From positions 1 to 64,000 of the forward strand of contig CAWDSK010000001.1 in the NCBI GenBank assembly GCA_963804995.1: a stretch of 64,000 bases of DNA, in the 5' to 3' direction. The position numbers were made by a program, and so were the translations under genes. This stretch comes from an uncultured Acidobacteriota bacterium. GTDB lineage: Bacteria; Acidobacteriota; Terriglobia; UBA7540. The notes under the pieces are model-generated. The model had not been told where the DNA came from, made no database searches, and worked only from the letters and a program-made list of their open reading frames with translations. Of this stretch, positions 11,756 to 22,326 are shown one piece after another. How positions within the stretch are numbered: position 1 is the first letter of the stretch; each line of letters begins with the position of its first letter.

Positions 11756-12295
11756 TCAAGGGCCCAGACTGGCCACGTTCCGCAAGCGGCAGCACAGTTC
11801 TGCGACGAAGGCGTTGCGATTAGCCTCTGTCAAAGTGAGCAATTCCACGTCGGGGCGCTTCCGCACAGATTGCAGGAACGGCAGGTGAGCGATTCCCAGC
11901 GTAGCCAAAACACCAACCTGAGCGTTCAGCGCTTCCTCCACTGCGCGACAGAAGCCACCTGAAACGCATTCCATCCTGCCGATCTCGTCAATCACGATCA
12001 GATCAATGTCGCGACGGGCCAATTCTGGAAGAGCAAGACGCTCGAATGCTTCCAAATTCACGCCATACCGGCCCACGCGTACTGAACTTCGAAATCCTAC
12101 ACGTGCCAGTTCGGCCTCCTTCCCTTCAACCGTGAGTATGCGGAAGCCCGTCCGTTGTCCAGAGGGATCGCGCACCTCGGTAGTGGTGAACCCGGCGAGA
12201 CGCAACGAGCCGCGGAGTTGCTCTGAAACGCTCCCCAGCAGCGTGGTCTTGCCTACACCAGGCCTTCCCGTTACCAGCAGGTTCAGCCCCGTCAT
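11756..12295 (-). CDS. THEP1-type nucleoside-triphosphatase (NTPase)
   Basis: LVTGRPGVGKTT P-loop, GFTTTEVR...RTGF, VGRYGV, LIVIDEIGRME, LTEANRN. Confidence 0.9.
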   Translation of the reverse strand: MTGLNLLVTGRPGVGKTTLLGSVSEQLRGSLRLAGFTTTEVRDPSGQRTGFRILTVEGKEAELARVGFRSSVRVGRYGVNLEAFERLALPELARRDIDLIVIDEIGRMECVSGGFCRAVEEALNAQVGVLATLGIAHLPFLQSVRKRPDVELLTLTEANRNAFVAELCCRLRNVASLGP

Positions 12296-12498
12296 GAAAC
12301 TCCCTCGGAAGAGACCCTCACCGGGTGTCTTCTCGAACCATTTGCTTTGTTGCAGAATCAGAACCCTGACTGCGGACTGGGTAACACCGTCGCCGCCCAA
12401 TTGCTCTCATGGCTCGGTAGATTCTGTGCCGCCCTTCCGTGCTCAACTGCCTCGAAAGTTATCCGGAGTGTTTTCACCCCTTCAGGTAATTTGGCCTG

Positions 12499-13566
12499 TT
12501 ATTTGTTACCCCAGACACCGGCGATTCGTCGCTTGCATTCAATACACGTCCCGTTGCGTAATTTGTACTCCACGAGGTCGAAGCCCGACCGGCGAATAAA
12601 CACCGTGCCGCATGCCGGGCAATACGTGTTGTCATAGGGATGGCCGGCGACATTACCAATGTAAACGAATTTCAGTCCCGCCTCCTTGGCGATTTGCCAG
12701 GCAAGCTCCAAGGTTCGAATCGGGGTGGGGGCTTGCGTGAACTTGTAAGCCGGATAGTAGCCGCTGACATGCCATGGTACTTCTCGGCCCAGTTCTGTCG
12801 CGATCCGCTCTGCAATTGCGCGCAGGGTCACCTCGGAATCGTTCACGGTAGGAATCACCAGTGTTGTGATTTCGAGATGCACGCCGCGCGAGCGTGCAAG
12901 CTTCGAGGCAGCCCAGACCTTATCGACGTCGACCATTTTGCAGAACTTCTTCACGGACGTGGCATCACCTTTGAGATCGACGTTCATAGCCTCTAGGCCC
13001 GAGTCAATCAACAGTGACAACGCCTCAGGCGTCATATAGCCGTTGGTGACAAAGGTGTTGTAGAAACCGCGCTGCTTGGCCAGGCGAAATACATCCACCG
13101 ACCACTCCAGGGAGAGCGTAGGTTCATTAAACGAAATGGATGTTCCCTGGCAACCGGTCTTCTCCACCAGGTCAACGAAGCGCTGCGGAGAGACATAGTC
13201 ACTTTTCACCGGCGGGGGCGACTTGCTGATATCCCAATTCTGGCACCAGGGGCAGCCGAAGTTGCATGACCAACTCCCTGCGGTGAGGGCCTTAGTGCCC
13301 GGATAAAAGTGGTAGAAAGGCTTTTTCTCAATGGGATTACTGGCCACGGAGGAAATCGAGCCATAAATTAGCGTGACCAACCTTCCACCGCAGTTCTGAC
13401 GCGTACGACACCAACCGAAACCACCCGGAACGAGCGTGCACCGGCGCTCGCAGGCATGGCAGCGGACTTTGGCGCCCATTGCTTCTTGCAGGAGCGCCTC
13501 ACGCACGAAAATGCTCTCGACTTCTCCTGACCAAGAGCGTGCTGCAGGCGGCTCCGACAAGGCCAT
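12499..13566 (-). CDS. amrS: AmmeMemoRadiSam system radical SAM enzyme
   Basis: CHACERRC...GWCRTR, NPIEKKPFYHFYPG, CNFGCPWCQNW, NEPT, VTNGY, HLEITTLVIP, YIGNV...NTYCPAC. Confidence 0.88.
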   Translation of the reverse strand: MALSEPPAARSWSGEVESIFVREALLQEAMGAKVRCHACERRCTLVPGGFGWCRTRQNCGGRLVTLIYGSISSVASNPIEKKPFYHFYPGTKALTAGSWSCNFGCPWCQNWDISKSPPPVKSDYVSPQRFVDLVEKTGCQGTSISFNEPTLSLEWSVDVFRLAKQRGFYNTFVTNGYMTPEALSLLIDSGLEAMNVDLKGDATSVKKFCKMVDVDKVWAASKLARSRGVHLEITTLVIPTVNDSEVTLRAIAERIATELGREVPWHVSGYYPAYKFTQAPTPIRTLELAWQIAKEAGLKFVYIGNVAGHPYDNTYCPACGTVFIRRSGFDLVEYKLRNGTCIECKRRIAGVWGNK

Positions 13567-13820
13567 AGCCCTCTCAATCTGTTTTCCTTGCACCAGTATA
13601 CCTTCGAAGCAGGCGCACGGGGCGCGTGGCAGCCCTTGGCGAGTTCGCGGTATAGCGAGAAGCTCTGCTTGAAGCACTGCGTCACCAAGTCATCGTGCCA
13701 GGGGTTTACAGGTGCGTCGTCTGCCAATGGACGTTCGCGCTGGCACAGTGGTCGGTGCTAAAGCTCCCCCGTTCGTAGTCCGATTCACCGGGCATCTCTT
13801 CACTAAGGAGGCCGACTGCC

Positions 13821-14945
13821 TCAATAGTCATGCGACAACAGGTGGCGGTTGCCGATGCGGACGTTAGCGAGGCCAGCCGCGCGGGCCGCTTCCTCCGCCG
13901 CTTGTGCATGGCGAACGGAGGTCCTGGGCAGGTCCTGCATGCAAAAGTGCGGCGCGAAGCCCAGCAGCGCGTAAGGGATGTCCGGATTGATGCTGGCGAT
14001 GAAGCGGGCGATCCGGTCCACTTCAGATGAATCTACATATCCCGGCACCAGCAACGTACTGGCGACGAACAGCGGCGGGTTCGGGCGTTCATTAAACCGC
14101 CGTGCGGCCTGCACGAAGTTCTCCAGCGTGCGCTGATTGGTCGCACCGGTCAAGGCAATGTGCAGAGCCTCGTCATGAGCTTTGAGGTCGAATTTGATGC
14201 AGCCGCCCGTCTTGAGCGTGAGATCCACCGCGCGGTCAAGCAACTTGGGATTGGACGTTCCGGCTGTCTCCCAACAGATGACTACTCCTTTTTTGCCCAA
14301 CTTATCAGCCGCGGCGAGAGCATGCAGCATTTGAGAAGCGGGATCACCGCCGAAAAAACAAACGCAGAAAGTCCGCGAATTAGCGGCGTCGGCAAGGTGA
14401 CCTGCGCTTGTGCCATCCGCGGCTGTTGGAGAAACTTCCCGGAAGTGCCAGTTCTGGCAGAACAAGCAATCGAGTGTGCAGCTCGAATAGAAGACAGCAA
14501 GATTATGATAGCCGACCTGCTGGCTGCCCGCGCAGACCCAGTCAGCCACGCAGTTGGTCGGCAGAGGATCACGATACCATTGCAGAATACCACGCAGGGG
14601 AGTGCCTGCAAGATGTACTTGCCGACCTTGGCGTACTGTCCGCAGACCGCAGTATCCGTGCTCACCTTCTCCAATCACACACTCTCGGGCACACAACAAG
14701 CAACGCACCCCGCCAACGGTTTGTGGAGGGGATACTGGCAGACGGAAAGCCTTCCGACTCTGAGTATGCAGGGCGGAAGCAAGAGACAACGCCTCGTCGG
14801 GACGAGTGCGGATGCAGCCGCCACACAAGCCTAAAGTGGCAGTGATCAGTTGCGATCTTCGATGGCAGAGTGTGCACACTTGCTCGGGAGCGCCAAGGGG
14901 GAGGTCATACCCATTGTTCCGGGGTCTAATCGGTCTCCAAATCAT
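13821..14945 (-). CDS. Radical SAM protein, PFL-activase/AmrS-related, with extra N-terminal CxxC motifs
   Basis: CTLDCLFCQNW; FFGGDP; ICWET; IKFDLKA; STLLVPGY; NVRIGN; N-terminal CTLC..CGGC and CLLC..C..C. Confidence 0.88.
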   Translation of the reverse strand: MIWRPIRPRNNGYDLPLGAPEQVCTLCHRRSQLITATLGLCGGCIRTRPDEALSLASALHTQSRKAFRLPVSPPQTVGGVRCLLCARECVIGEGEHGYCGLRTVRQGRQVHLAGTPLRGILQWYRDPLPTNCVADWVCAGSQQVGYHNLAVFYSSCTLDCLFCQNWHFREVSPTAADGTSAGHLADAANSRTFCVCFFGGDPASQMLHALAAADKLGKKGVVICWETAGTSNPKLLDRAVDLTLKTGGCIKFDLKAHDEALHIALTGATNQRTLENFVQAARRFNERPNPPLFVASTLLVPGYVDSSEVDRIARFIASINPDIPYALLGFAPHFCMQDLPRTSVRHAQAAEEAARAAGLANVRIGNRHLLSHDY

Positions 14946-15683
14946 TTCTTCTAGGCCAACAATAACCCTGCTCGATCAAGGGAACAAGCTATCCTGCTGC
15001 AAGAGACCCGCTGTGCTGCGATCATTGATACTGTTGGCTTCCGCGGCCAACCTGTCCCACGTTTGCGTACTCTGACCTCCATAGTGCCCTTAATCTTCTG
15101 TCGCGGCTTCCGAACTCACGCGGGGCTGCAGACCGAGCGGAGTTCCCCTGGGGAAAGGGCCGGGGCGTTCTCGGAGAAGCTATTCTTCATGTGTATGCAC
15201 CGAGTCGCCACTGCTCGGGGCTCAAAGGCAACGCAAGTCCCGCGCGAGGTTATTCGCCTTGACTTGGAACTTTTTGGGAGTAAGCTGTTGTATATACGGA
15301 GGTCTTCAATGGGCCACGCGAGCCTCTCTGTTCCATTGCTGATCTTCGTCGCTTCAGGGAAGGGCCCCCTTCCAAGAGTCAGCGCCGCTGACTTCCATCG
15401 ACAGACGACATCCTCACGCCAAGCCTCATCATTCCCATGTAAGCCTGCGCGTTGCCGAGTTGTTGATAGAACGGCGCCCGCCCCTGCGGTTGGCGAAGTT
15501 TCCTGCGTGCAGACAATTTTATGAGGGAATAAACAACTCTCGGTGCAATTGCGCATTGATCGCCTTGTGTGAGCAAAGGCGGTGTCATTGGCAGCTCGGG
15601 CGAGAGCCCCAGGGAAGGGGCCGCCGGGTGGGTTCTTTCCGCCGAAGGCGGAACACGGATCGCCGACGCATTGGAGGTGTCTT

Positions 15684-16112
15684 ATGAGGCCAAGAGGCAC
15701 GAACCAAGAAGAGAGCGCGCAACCTCTCCGTGTTCCTAAAGCGAAAGCGCTCCTGGTGGACGAAGATTTCGGAGATCTTCAATATTATTTCAACATACTC
15801 CAAGGGTATGGGTATCGTGTCCGGGCGTGCAACTCTTATCAGGAAGGTGTCCGCTGCCTGGCGGACGAAGTCTTCGATTTCGTTATGGTAAGTCAGGGAA
15901 CTCTCAGCTTCGAAGGGAGCTGCGTGCTGAAGCGCGCGACAGAGATCAATCGCAGCTTGCCCGTCTTGGTCGTGGCGCGTTGCCTTGACATGGGCTGCTA
16001 CCTGGACGCAATGCAGTTGGGTGCTGTGGACTATTTGGTTGAGCCGTTGACAGTTTTGGAAATAGGCCGAGTGTTAGAAAAACATCCGCCGGTTCAAAGC
16101 ATTGCGGATTGA
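15684..16112 (+). CDS. Stand-alone response-regulator receiver domain (atypical)
   Basis: LLVDED, GYRV, FDFVMV, LPVLVV, AMQLGAVDYL; GGAGG RBS. Confidence 0.85.
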   Translation: MRPRGTNQEESAQPLRVPKAKALLVDEDFGDLQYYFNILQGYGYRVRACNSYQEGVRCLADEVFDFVMVSQGTLSFEGSCVLKRATEINRSLPVLVVARCLDMGCYLDAMQLGAVDYLVEPLTVLEIGRVLEKHPPVQSIAD

Positions 16113-16266
16113 ATGAGCGGAGTTGCGCGATAGCGGGTGGTTTAGTTTTCAGTGCGGATGATAGTAACTGCTCGGTGTTCGTGATTGAGCGGTGGGACTC
16201 ATTTCTTGATGTTCCTTGGTGTGAAGGACCGAGGTCCCAAGAGTGGTTAGTTGGGGAGGTGGAAAC

Positions 16267-16605
16267 ATGATCGGAATGAATTTCCGGGCATTCTTGGTTT
16301 TGTTGGTGGCAGGCGTGATTGCAGCCTACGTGATCCATTACCTGGTTCGCTATCGGCTCCTGGAGAGTTTCGATGGCTTTCTTGTTAAGGCGATCGCCGG
16401 CTGGGTGGGTGCCTGGCTGGGTTCACCCATCATCGGTCACTGGTTTGAGCGAGTCAAAATCGCCAACATATACTTGATTCCGGCCTTGCTGGGTGCCTTT
16501 GTGGGAGCGTTCGCTGTGGTCGCGACCGGGAAGGCAATGGCAAAGGCACTAGCTCCCACAATAATTTCAGGCGCAGAAAGCCACGAGACCAGGAAAGCTG
16601 CGTAG
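16267..16605 (+). CDS. GlsB/YeaQ/YmgE-like (transglycosylase-associated) small membrane protein
   Basis: GWVGAWLG and IPALLGA motifs in three hydrophobic segments; GGAGG RBS. Confidence 0.7.
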   Translation: MIGMNFRAFLVLLVAGVIAAYVIHYLVRYRLLESFDGFLVKAIAGWVGAWLGSPIIGHWFERVKIANIYLIPALLGAFVGAFAVVATGKAMAKALAPTIISGAESHETRKAA

Positions 16606-16676
16606 AAGTCGGGATCGCCAGGAAGGGGTCGGGCATAATCTCTTGTCCGCGAACCTCGCAACCTCCGAGGTGGAAG

Positions 16677-16940
16677 ATGGTTGGAGAAGCGGTGTGTCTT
16701 AGTGGGTGCCTGCTTTCGTGGGGAACAAGGGCTTACCTTGCCGCTAAATACCGGATCAAGTACCAGATCGCGAGGGAGGATCATTGGGCATGGAAGCACA
16801 GAACGCCTGGCTGGGTCCCCCGCATTATGCCATGGCTGGGATTCCTGGGCTGGGTGGCATTGCTTAGCTTTCTTGCTTGGTGGGCGTTTCATGCTACTCC
16901 CGTCCTGGCCATTTTCCGACTCGGGACGGCTCGGTGCTGA
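16677..16940 (+). CDS. Hypothetical small membrane protein
   Basis: GAGG RBS plus ATG; Trp-rich hydrophobic segment. Confidence 0.4.
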   Translation: MVGEAVCLSGCLLSWGTRAYLAAKYRIKYQIAREDHWAWKHRTPGWVPRIMPWLGFLGWVALLSFLAWWAFHATPVLAIFRLGTARC

Positions 16941-17033
16941 GAACTGATTTGATGGGCACGGGGGTTGGCGGGAGGAATGAAGGTCAAACGCCTCCGTGAA
17001 GGCTGACTCGCCAAAGAGCGCAAAGGAGGGATC

Positions 17034-17264
17034 ATGAGAGCCTATGTACTCATCAAGGTAAAGCCCGGCAGGTCTCGCGAGGTGGCGGGGAAAATCGCCC
17101 AGATTGCCGGGGTCAAGGCAGCGCACGCTTGTTGGGGAGTTCCGGATGTGATCGCCCAGGTAGAAGTGGAAAGTGATGCGGCCTTGGAAAACCTTGTTCT
17201 GGGGGCGATCCAAGCCATTGAGGGTGTAACGGAAACTGACACTCACGTGGCGTTGGAAAAATGA
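17034..17264 (+). CDS. Lrp/AsnC ligand-binding (RAM) domain protein, no HTH
   Basis: AYVLIKV.PG...VA..I..I.GV......G..DVIA.VE...I..IEGV.ET.T pattern; AGGAGG RBS. Confidence 0.85.
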   Translation: MRAYVLIKVKPGRSREVAGKIAQIAGVKAAHACWGVPDVIAQVEVESDAALENLVLGAIQAIEGVTETDTHVALEK

Positions 17265-17319
17265 AGGGCGATCGCCACATCCCGCTAGCCCCTCGTCGGG
17301 AGGCACGGAGGTAGAGATC

Positions 17320-17550
17320 ATGGAAGCCTACGTCTTCATATCGACAAAAGTGGGTCAGGGCCCGAGAGTGGCCCAACAGGTCACAAAGCTGCCCGGCGTG
17401 AAACTGGTCGACTGTTGCTGGGGGAGGCCTGACGTCGTGATGTTCGCTGAGGTGGCTGAAGTGAGTGCCTTGAAAAAGCTGGTCCTCGGCGGCATCGCCA
17501 AGATGCGCGGTGTCGAGGCAACAGAAACGCACTTGGTGCTGACTCCTTAG
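17320..17550 (+). CDS. Lrp/AsnC ligand-binding (RAM) domain protein, tandem paralogue
   Basis: Same pattern and same 76-aa length as the preceding gene; GGAGG RBS. Confidence 0.85.
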   Translation: MEAYVFISTKVGQGPRVAQQVTKLPGVKLVDCCWGRPDVVMFAEVAEVSALKKLVLGGIAKMRGVEATETHLVLTP

Positions 17551-17833
17551 GCCCGAGGTACCTAACGAAGGTTGGCCGGTCGGAAAAAACCTTGAAGCAA
17601 GACCCAAGCGGAAAGTATGAGGAAGGGACGGAGAATCTTCGCATCCAAGGGGGACCTATTCTGTTCAGATGGCAGTACTACTCTTCCGGATGAAGAAATC
17701 GAGGAGGAAGACGAGGAAGAGGAGCACCTTACAGGACATGCCTCATATCGCCACGGTCACCGGTAACGGACAACCTTATCGGCGGCACATTCTTGATCTG
17801 AGTCATGATCAATGCAAGAAAACAGGGGGTGAG

Positions 17834-18121
17834 ATGGCTGTCTATGTAATCCTAAGTCGCTTTTCTCCAGAAGCATTCCGAGACCCGAAAGAGTTCACAC
17901 AAATCGCCGCTACGGTGACAGAGAGAATCAAGAACGAATGTCCAGGTGTCATTTGGAAAGAAAGCTTCGCCACTTTGGGGCGGTTCAACGTCGTGGATAT
18001 TGTCGGGGCTGAGGACCCGAAGGAAATTGAAAAGGCTGCCATGATTATCCGCGCGTACGGACACTCAACTACAGAGACACTACTCGCAACACCGTGGAAA
18101 GAATTCCTCGCGGCACTCTAG
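17834..18121 (+). CDS. GYD domain-containing protein
   Basis: MAVYVILSRF...FATLGRFNVVDIV...G...TETL.A. Confidence 0.8.
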   Translation: MAVYVILSRFSPEAFRDPKEFTQIAATVTERIKNECPGVIWKESFATLGRFNVVDIVGAEDPKEIEKAAMIIRAYGHSTTETLLATPWKEFLAAL

Positions 18122-18381
18122 TAGGATTGAGCGCGAATATCGGGTCGGGGATCCTCAGGTTCTTAGAGTGCGGGGGATGGTTTGTCGGCTCCTGACGCTG
18201 CTTGCGGTGGATCTTGATTGTAGGGGGTATGCCTGACGAGGCCAAAAGTACCGAGCAACGCAGACGCCGACGTACATTGCTACGCACACGCGAGAGTTGC
18301 TCCCTCTTTGCGACGCGCGCCATACTCCGATGCGCTACCGTGGAGGTTGCGCCGCTTCAGGCAGAACCGCAGGTAACGCCT

Positions 18382-19221
18382 TTAGGGAATCAGATCATCT
18401 TCCCATCTCTCCGCTTCTGACGAGACCCTGCCTTCCAGCAGGGCAACAAACGCATTCAGCGCCTTCCCAGCATCTCCTATTGGATAATAAAAAGCCTCCC
18501 AGTTATCGCTTTCTTCCCCGTCGTGGTTCGGGATTACATAATCGAAATGCCAAGCCTCCTTAAGTTCGACGTATGCACTGGTTGCTCGTGTCTCGATGTT
18601 CTCCAAATCCTTCGCAGAAAGCTCGAGTTTCTGGCGTCGCGTACGGCGGAGGAGTTTGCGCCTCATGATGTCCGCAACAAGACTCGGAAGCGAGACATTC
18701 CTCTCCGGCGCCTTGAGGAAAACAATCTCTTCCCTTGAAAGAGGAGAAAGGAAGATGCTGAACCGATCGATGCCGGCCAGGCGCGGATGCGTCTGGAGTG
18801 CCCGGCCCACAAAAGGATTTCCCTCAAAGAAAGCGTTACTGCCTTGCAGCAAGATCCGTAACTCCTCAATGTCAAGTGCTTGCAGGTCCCCGCGCACGTC
18901 TAAGACCGCGAAGCGATCTTCCGTCCGCAATGCTTCGATCTGCTTCCGCATCCGAAAATGATAATCCACTCCATCCACCTCACCCAGGCGAGGCGCGCGG
19001 CTGTTGTATAGAACAAGCTTCCGCAACCCACCCCGCAGCTCGGGATAAAACCTCCCTAAAGCTTTGTCGAGCGGACTCTTTCCGACACAGGACGGCCCGG
19101 ATAGAATTACAAGTCTTTTTGAAGGATTGACACTCACTACCCACCTGCCGGTGCCCAAGTTCCTATGGGCCATTCGATCGTATGCTAGCCAGAGTATACA
19201 AGAATGATTCAACCTGTTCAC
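18382..19221 (-). CDS. Divergent guanylate kinase-like protein (start probably GTG 19137)
   Basis: LVILSGPSCVGKS, NSRAPRLGEVDGVDYHF, IFLSP, FDYVIPN. Confidence 0.75.
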   Translation of the reverse strand: MNRLNHSCILWLAYDRMAHRNLGTGRWVVSVNPSKRLVILSGPSCVGKSPLDKALGRFYPELRGGLRKLVLYNSRAPRLGEVDGVDYHFRMRKQIEALRTEDRFAVLDVRGDLQALDIEELRILLQGSNAFFEGNPFVGRALQTHPRLAGIDRFSIFLSPLSREEIVFLKAPERNVSLPSLVADIMRRKLLRRTRRQKLELSAKDLENIETRATSAYVELKEAWHFDYVIPNHDGEESDNWEAFYYPIGDAGKALNAFVALLEGRVSSEAERWEDDLIP

Positions 19222-19352
19222 GCCGGGCGTGGGGAAACCCCAGGGGGAGCCACTCCTGTTTCATTCGTGCGGGGGTGCCGTGGCCGGCGGTGCAGAATTT
19301 CAAGCTGGGAGAATGATCGCGACCGGCAAGGCCGCTAGCCCTTACCGAGTGG

Positions 19353-20207
19353 TCAGAGCGGCGGGCCGAGGGCGCGCAGCCCCTCGGCGATAGCCCGCCC
19401 TATATTCGCGAGGAGGTCTGGCTTAGCGTTCACCGCATACACATGAGGAGTCAGCGACCAGAGTTCCCGCACGATCCGACGCGGTGTAATGGCCTGGGTC
19501 TCATTCCTGCGATGCTCTAACTCTGCCACGAGCATGGGCAGAAGCTTGTCGCTGAGGCGCAACGCGGTGTCCACGACAAAGAGAGTCACGTCGGGCCGGA
19601 GCATGTGCACACGGTCGAATAAGGCGGCGACCTCCCGGACCGCGATGTTTTTGGGCGGGGACAACTTCAACTCGAGATAAGCCAACTTTCCTTCCGCGGC
19701 TGCAACCACATCCAGGTCTCCCCCTACGCCGCGGGTATGAAACCTGACCCCTGCCACCGCGTCGAAGCCGAACCTTCGATTGAGCTCTCGCGCGACGTAC
19801 CACTCCAGGGTTCCACCAAAGCTCTTCGCAGTCCGGATCAATCGGGAACGGCCTCGAAACGTCTGTTCGGCGAGACCCAATTTGACCAACCCCTCCGCGT
19901 ACGCCCTCAACTGAGTCCGCTTCAAGTATCGCGTGGCACCGTGTGGAACAAACCCTTGGGGCAGCAGGATAGACCCGCGCAGGAAAAGGCGGAACGCATA
20001 GTGGCCAAGCAGTTCCGAAAGCCGCTCGCTCGACCCCTCGGGCAGATCCTCCGCGAACGGCAAGTCAAGCCGAGCCGTGCTCGGACGTAAACCGCGTCGA
20101 GCCAGCATGGCCATTGCTTCTCCCCGAGGCAAAAGTGCTTTCTGCGCCTTCGGTGGCCAGGCTGCTGCCTCGATCTCTAACTCGCGAGCGGTGCGGGCTC
20201 TCTTCAT
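19353..20207 (-). CDS. Hypothetical protein with PD-(D/E)XK nuclease-like C-terminal domain
   Basis: GGTLEWYVA...GGDLDVVAAAEGKLAYLELK resembles restriction-endonuclease-fold motifs. Confidence 0.6.
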   Translation of the reverse strand: MKRARTARELEIEAAAWPPKAQKALLPRGEAMAMLARRGLRPSTARLDLPFAEDLPEGSSERLSELLGHYAFRLFLRGSILLPQGFVPHGATRYLKRTQLRAYAEGLVKLGLAEQTFRGRSRLIRTAKSFGGTLEWYVARELNRRFGFDAVAGVRFHTRGVGGDLDVVAAAEGKLAYLELKLSPPKNIAVREVAALFDRVHMLRPDVTLFVVDTALRLSDKLLPMLVAELEHRRNETQAITPRRIVRELWSLTPHVYAVNAKPDLLANIGRAIAEGLRALGPPL

Positions 20208-20388
20208 ATCGTGGTCCTGGGCCGGATCCCCTTCAGCCTAGCGCCAGCGACACGCACGATTCTCCCTCCACCATTGAGTGAAAATCCTCCAGAGCGTGTC
20301 CGGGTCAGACTTCATGTTTATTTCCGCTCCCGCGGAGCAAGAAATGCCTGCACGGCTTGGGGCGTGTCACGATCTGCGATGAATCGCA

Positions 20389-20847
20389 TCAGTTTCTTTC
20401 TGCGGGCCTGCCAGATGGATACCCGATAGGACGCACCTCTCGCAGAAAAATCTCGACGGTTTTGGGACCAATATACTTGAACTCCTGCAACCTCGCAGAA
20501 AGTTCTCGGGGAGTTTTGGACTGGGCGAGAAGGTTGGTGAGCGTGCCGTAACGCTCCTTGAGGTCCTTGCAGATGTGAAGGAGTTTCGTCGCCGTGGAGA
20601 AATCATAGCAAACATAATGCGCTTCATCCAACAGCCGTACCAACTCATCCCAACCGGTGCGAAGGATTGCATCAGGATTCAACAATCGAGCTGTGGCGAA
20701 CGTCAGAAAAGCTCGCTCCGCAACCTGCTGCCGAATCGGCTTGCCGACGAGCAGACAAACCAAGAACCATTTAAATAACTCTTCCTCTGCTTTCGATGAT
20801 AGGTGGATGCCTAGATCTTCAGCGATGTGTGTTCCTTCTGTGCCCAT
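20389..20847 (-). CDS. HhH-GPD (endonuclease III-like fold) protein
   Basis: LFKWFL..LL.GKPI, GWDELV..LDEAHYV.YD, LQEFKYIGPKTVEIFLRE helix-hairpin-helix. Confidence 0.75.
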   Translation of the reverse strand: MGTEGTHIAEDLGIHLSSKAEEELFKWFLVCLLVGKPIRQQVAERAFLTFATARLLNPDAILRTGWDELVRLLDEAHYVCYDFSTATKLLHICKDLKERYGTLTNLLAQSKTPRELSARLQEFKYIGPKTVEIFLREVRPIGYPSGRPAERN

Positions 20848-22326
20848 CTCTTGCCTCGGACGCGAAGAAGAAGATTCTCTTAGCAGTTGGGCCAACGTCA
20901 CAGTGATCGCATGGGGCATGCCCACCGGCGGCCTTAGCCATGCTGCACGTCAAGCACTGCTTGGCCGCGGGGTTTGTTCGTAGAGTTGGTGATAAGCCTT
21001 TCTCACTCCCAACTGAGTGAAGAACGAGTCCTTCGCGACATCGAGGGAGGGACGATTTCGGACCGCTTGAATCGTCCGCTTGAGAATCCGGCCCATGCTG
21101 TAACCTTTCCTCATGACTTCGGCGCTGAGCTCAAACATCTCATCTGCCGACATGGTGGGGTGCCGGTAGATAATGTGACCGGTGCCGTAGTGATCCCAAG
21201 GTCGGTCTGAAAAGATTCGTCCTTGCTCGATGTACTCTTGATAGATTTGACTACCGGGCATGGGTGTTAGGGTGAAGATGAACGGCGTGATGCCGCATTC
21301 GTCGCAGAAACCCAGGGTCCTGCGGTAGGTCTCGGGTGTATCCCCGTCCCAACCCACAACGAAGAATCCTCGCACTTCGATTCCCAGGCTCTGGATTGTG
21401 CGAACATTCTCCTTCAGCTTCTGGATGTCGAAGCAATCCGGCGAGGTGTAGTGCAACTTCCTCCAGGCCCCGGATTGCTTCTGGCCCTGCGCGGATATGG
21501 ATTCCAGGCCGGCAGCGATGCTGCAGAGGCCGCTTTCGGCAGCGAGCTCCAGAATTCTCCGCCCATCTTTGTAGTTCACCGCAGACAGCCCTCCGCCCCC
21601 GCTCCAGAGACGCTTGGGGCGCAGACGGGCTAGTTCGCGGTAAAGGTCAAGGTAGTATTGGTTCTCCTCGGGCCGATCGACGATCTGGGGATGCCCAAAT
21701 ACGCTGTCATCGACGTTGTAGTAACGTGGCCCGAGGCTGGAGACCTCGGCAAGCACATCGTCAATTGGACGGTGCCGAATCTTGGCGCCGAAGATGTCGG
21801 TGACGGGGCAGAACCGGCAATGATTGGGACAGCCGCGCGTGGTAAAAATGGAGTCCATCATGTAGCGTCCGCGAGGCAGTAAATCCCGTCGCATCGTGGG
21901 GAGCTTCTTCAGTGTGGGTCGTTGCTTGATGTGGTGAACTGTGCCGTGCAGGTTCTGGACCGGGTATGGCCCGCACACGTAAAACTGCTTTAGCTCGTTC
22001 CGTTGGAAGTCCTCGAGGATTTGTTGGCCAAAGATCCTCACCTTCACCGATGGCGACCACAGTCGCGTGCCCCTTGGCCTCTTCGGGAAACGCGAAGATG
22101 TGCGGCCCTCCCAGTACAACCTTCTTGGCGCGTTGGAGGAATTTGTCAGCGATTTCGTACGCGACTGTCGCCAGCGGAGATCGCACGGTGATGGCGACGA
22201 CATCGACGTGCGATTCGTAATCCACCTGGTCGCCGAGGAGCATGTCTACCAATGACACGTCGTGTTCCTTGGGCGACAGGGCCGCCAACAGGCACGGAGC
22301 TAACGGCATGACGGAGGCCGTTGGCC

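Noticed and set aside
15490..15507. Sigma-54-like TGGC...TGC
   Set aside because: The GG-to-GC spacing is 11 nt rather than the required 10.
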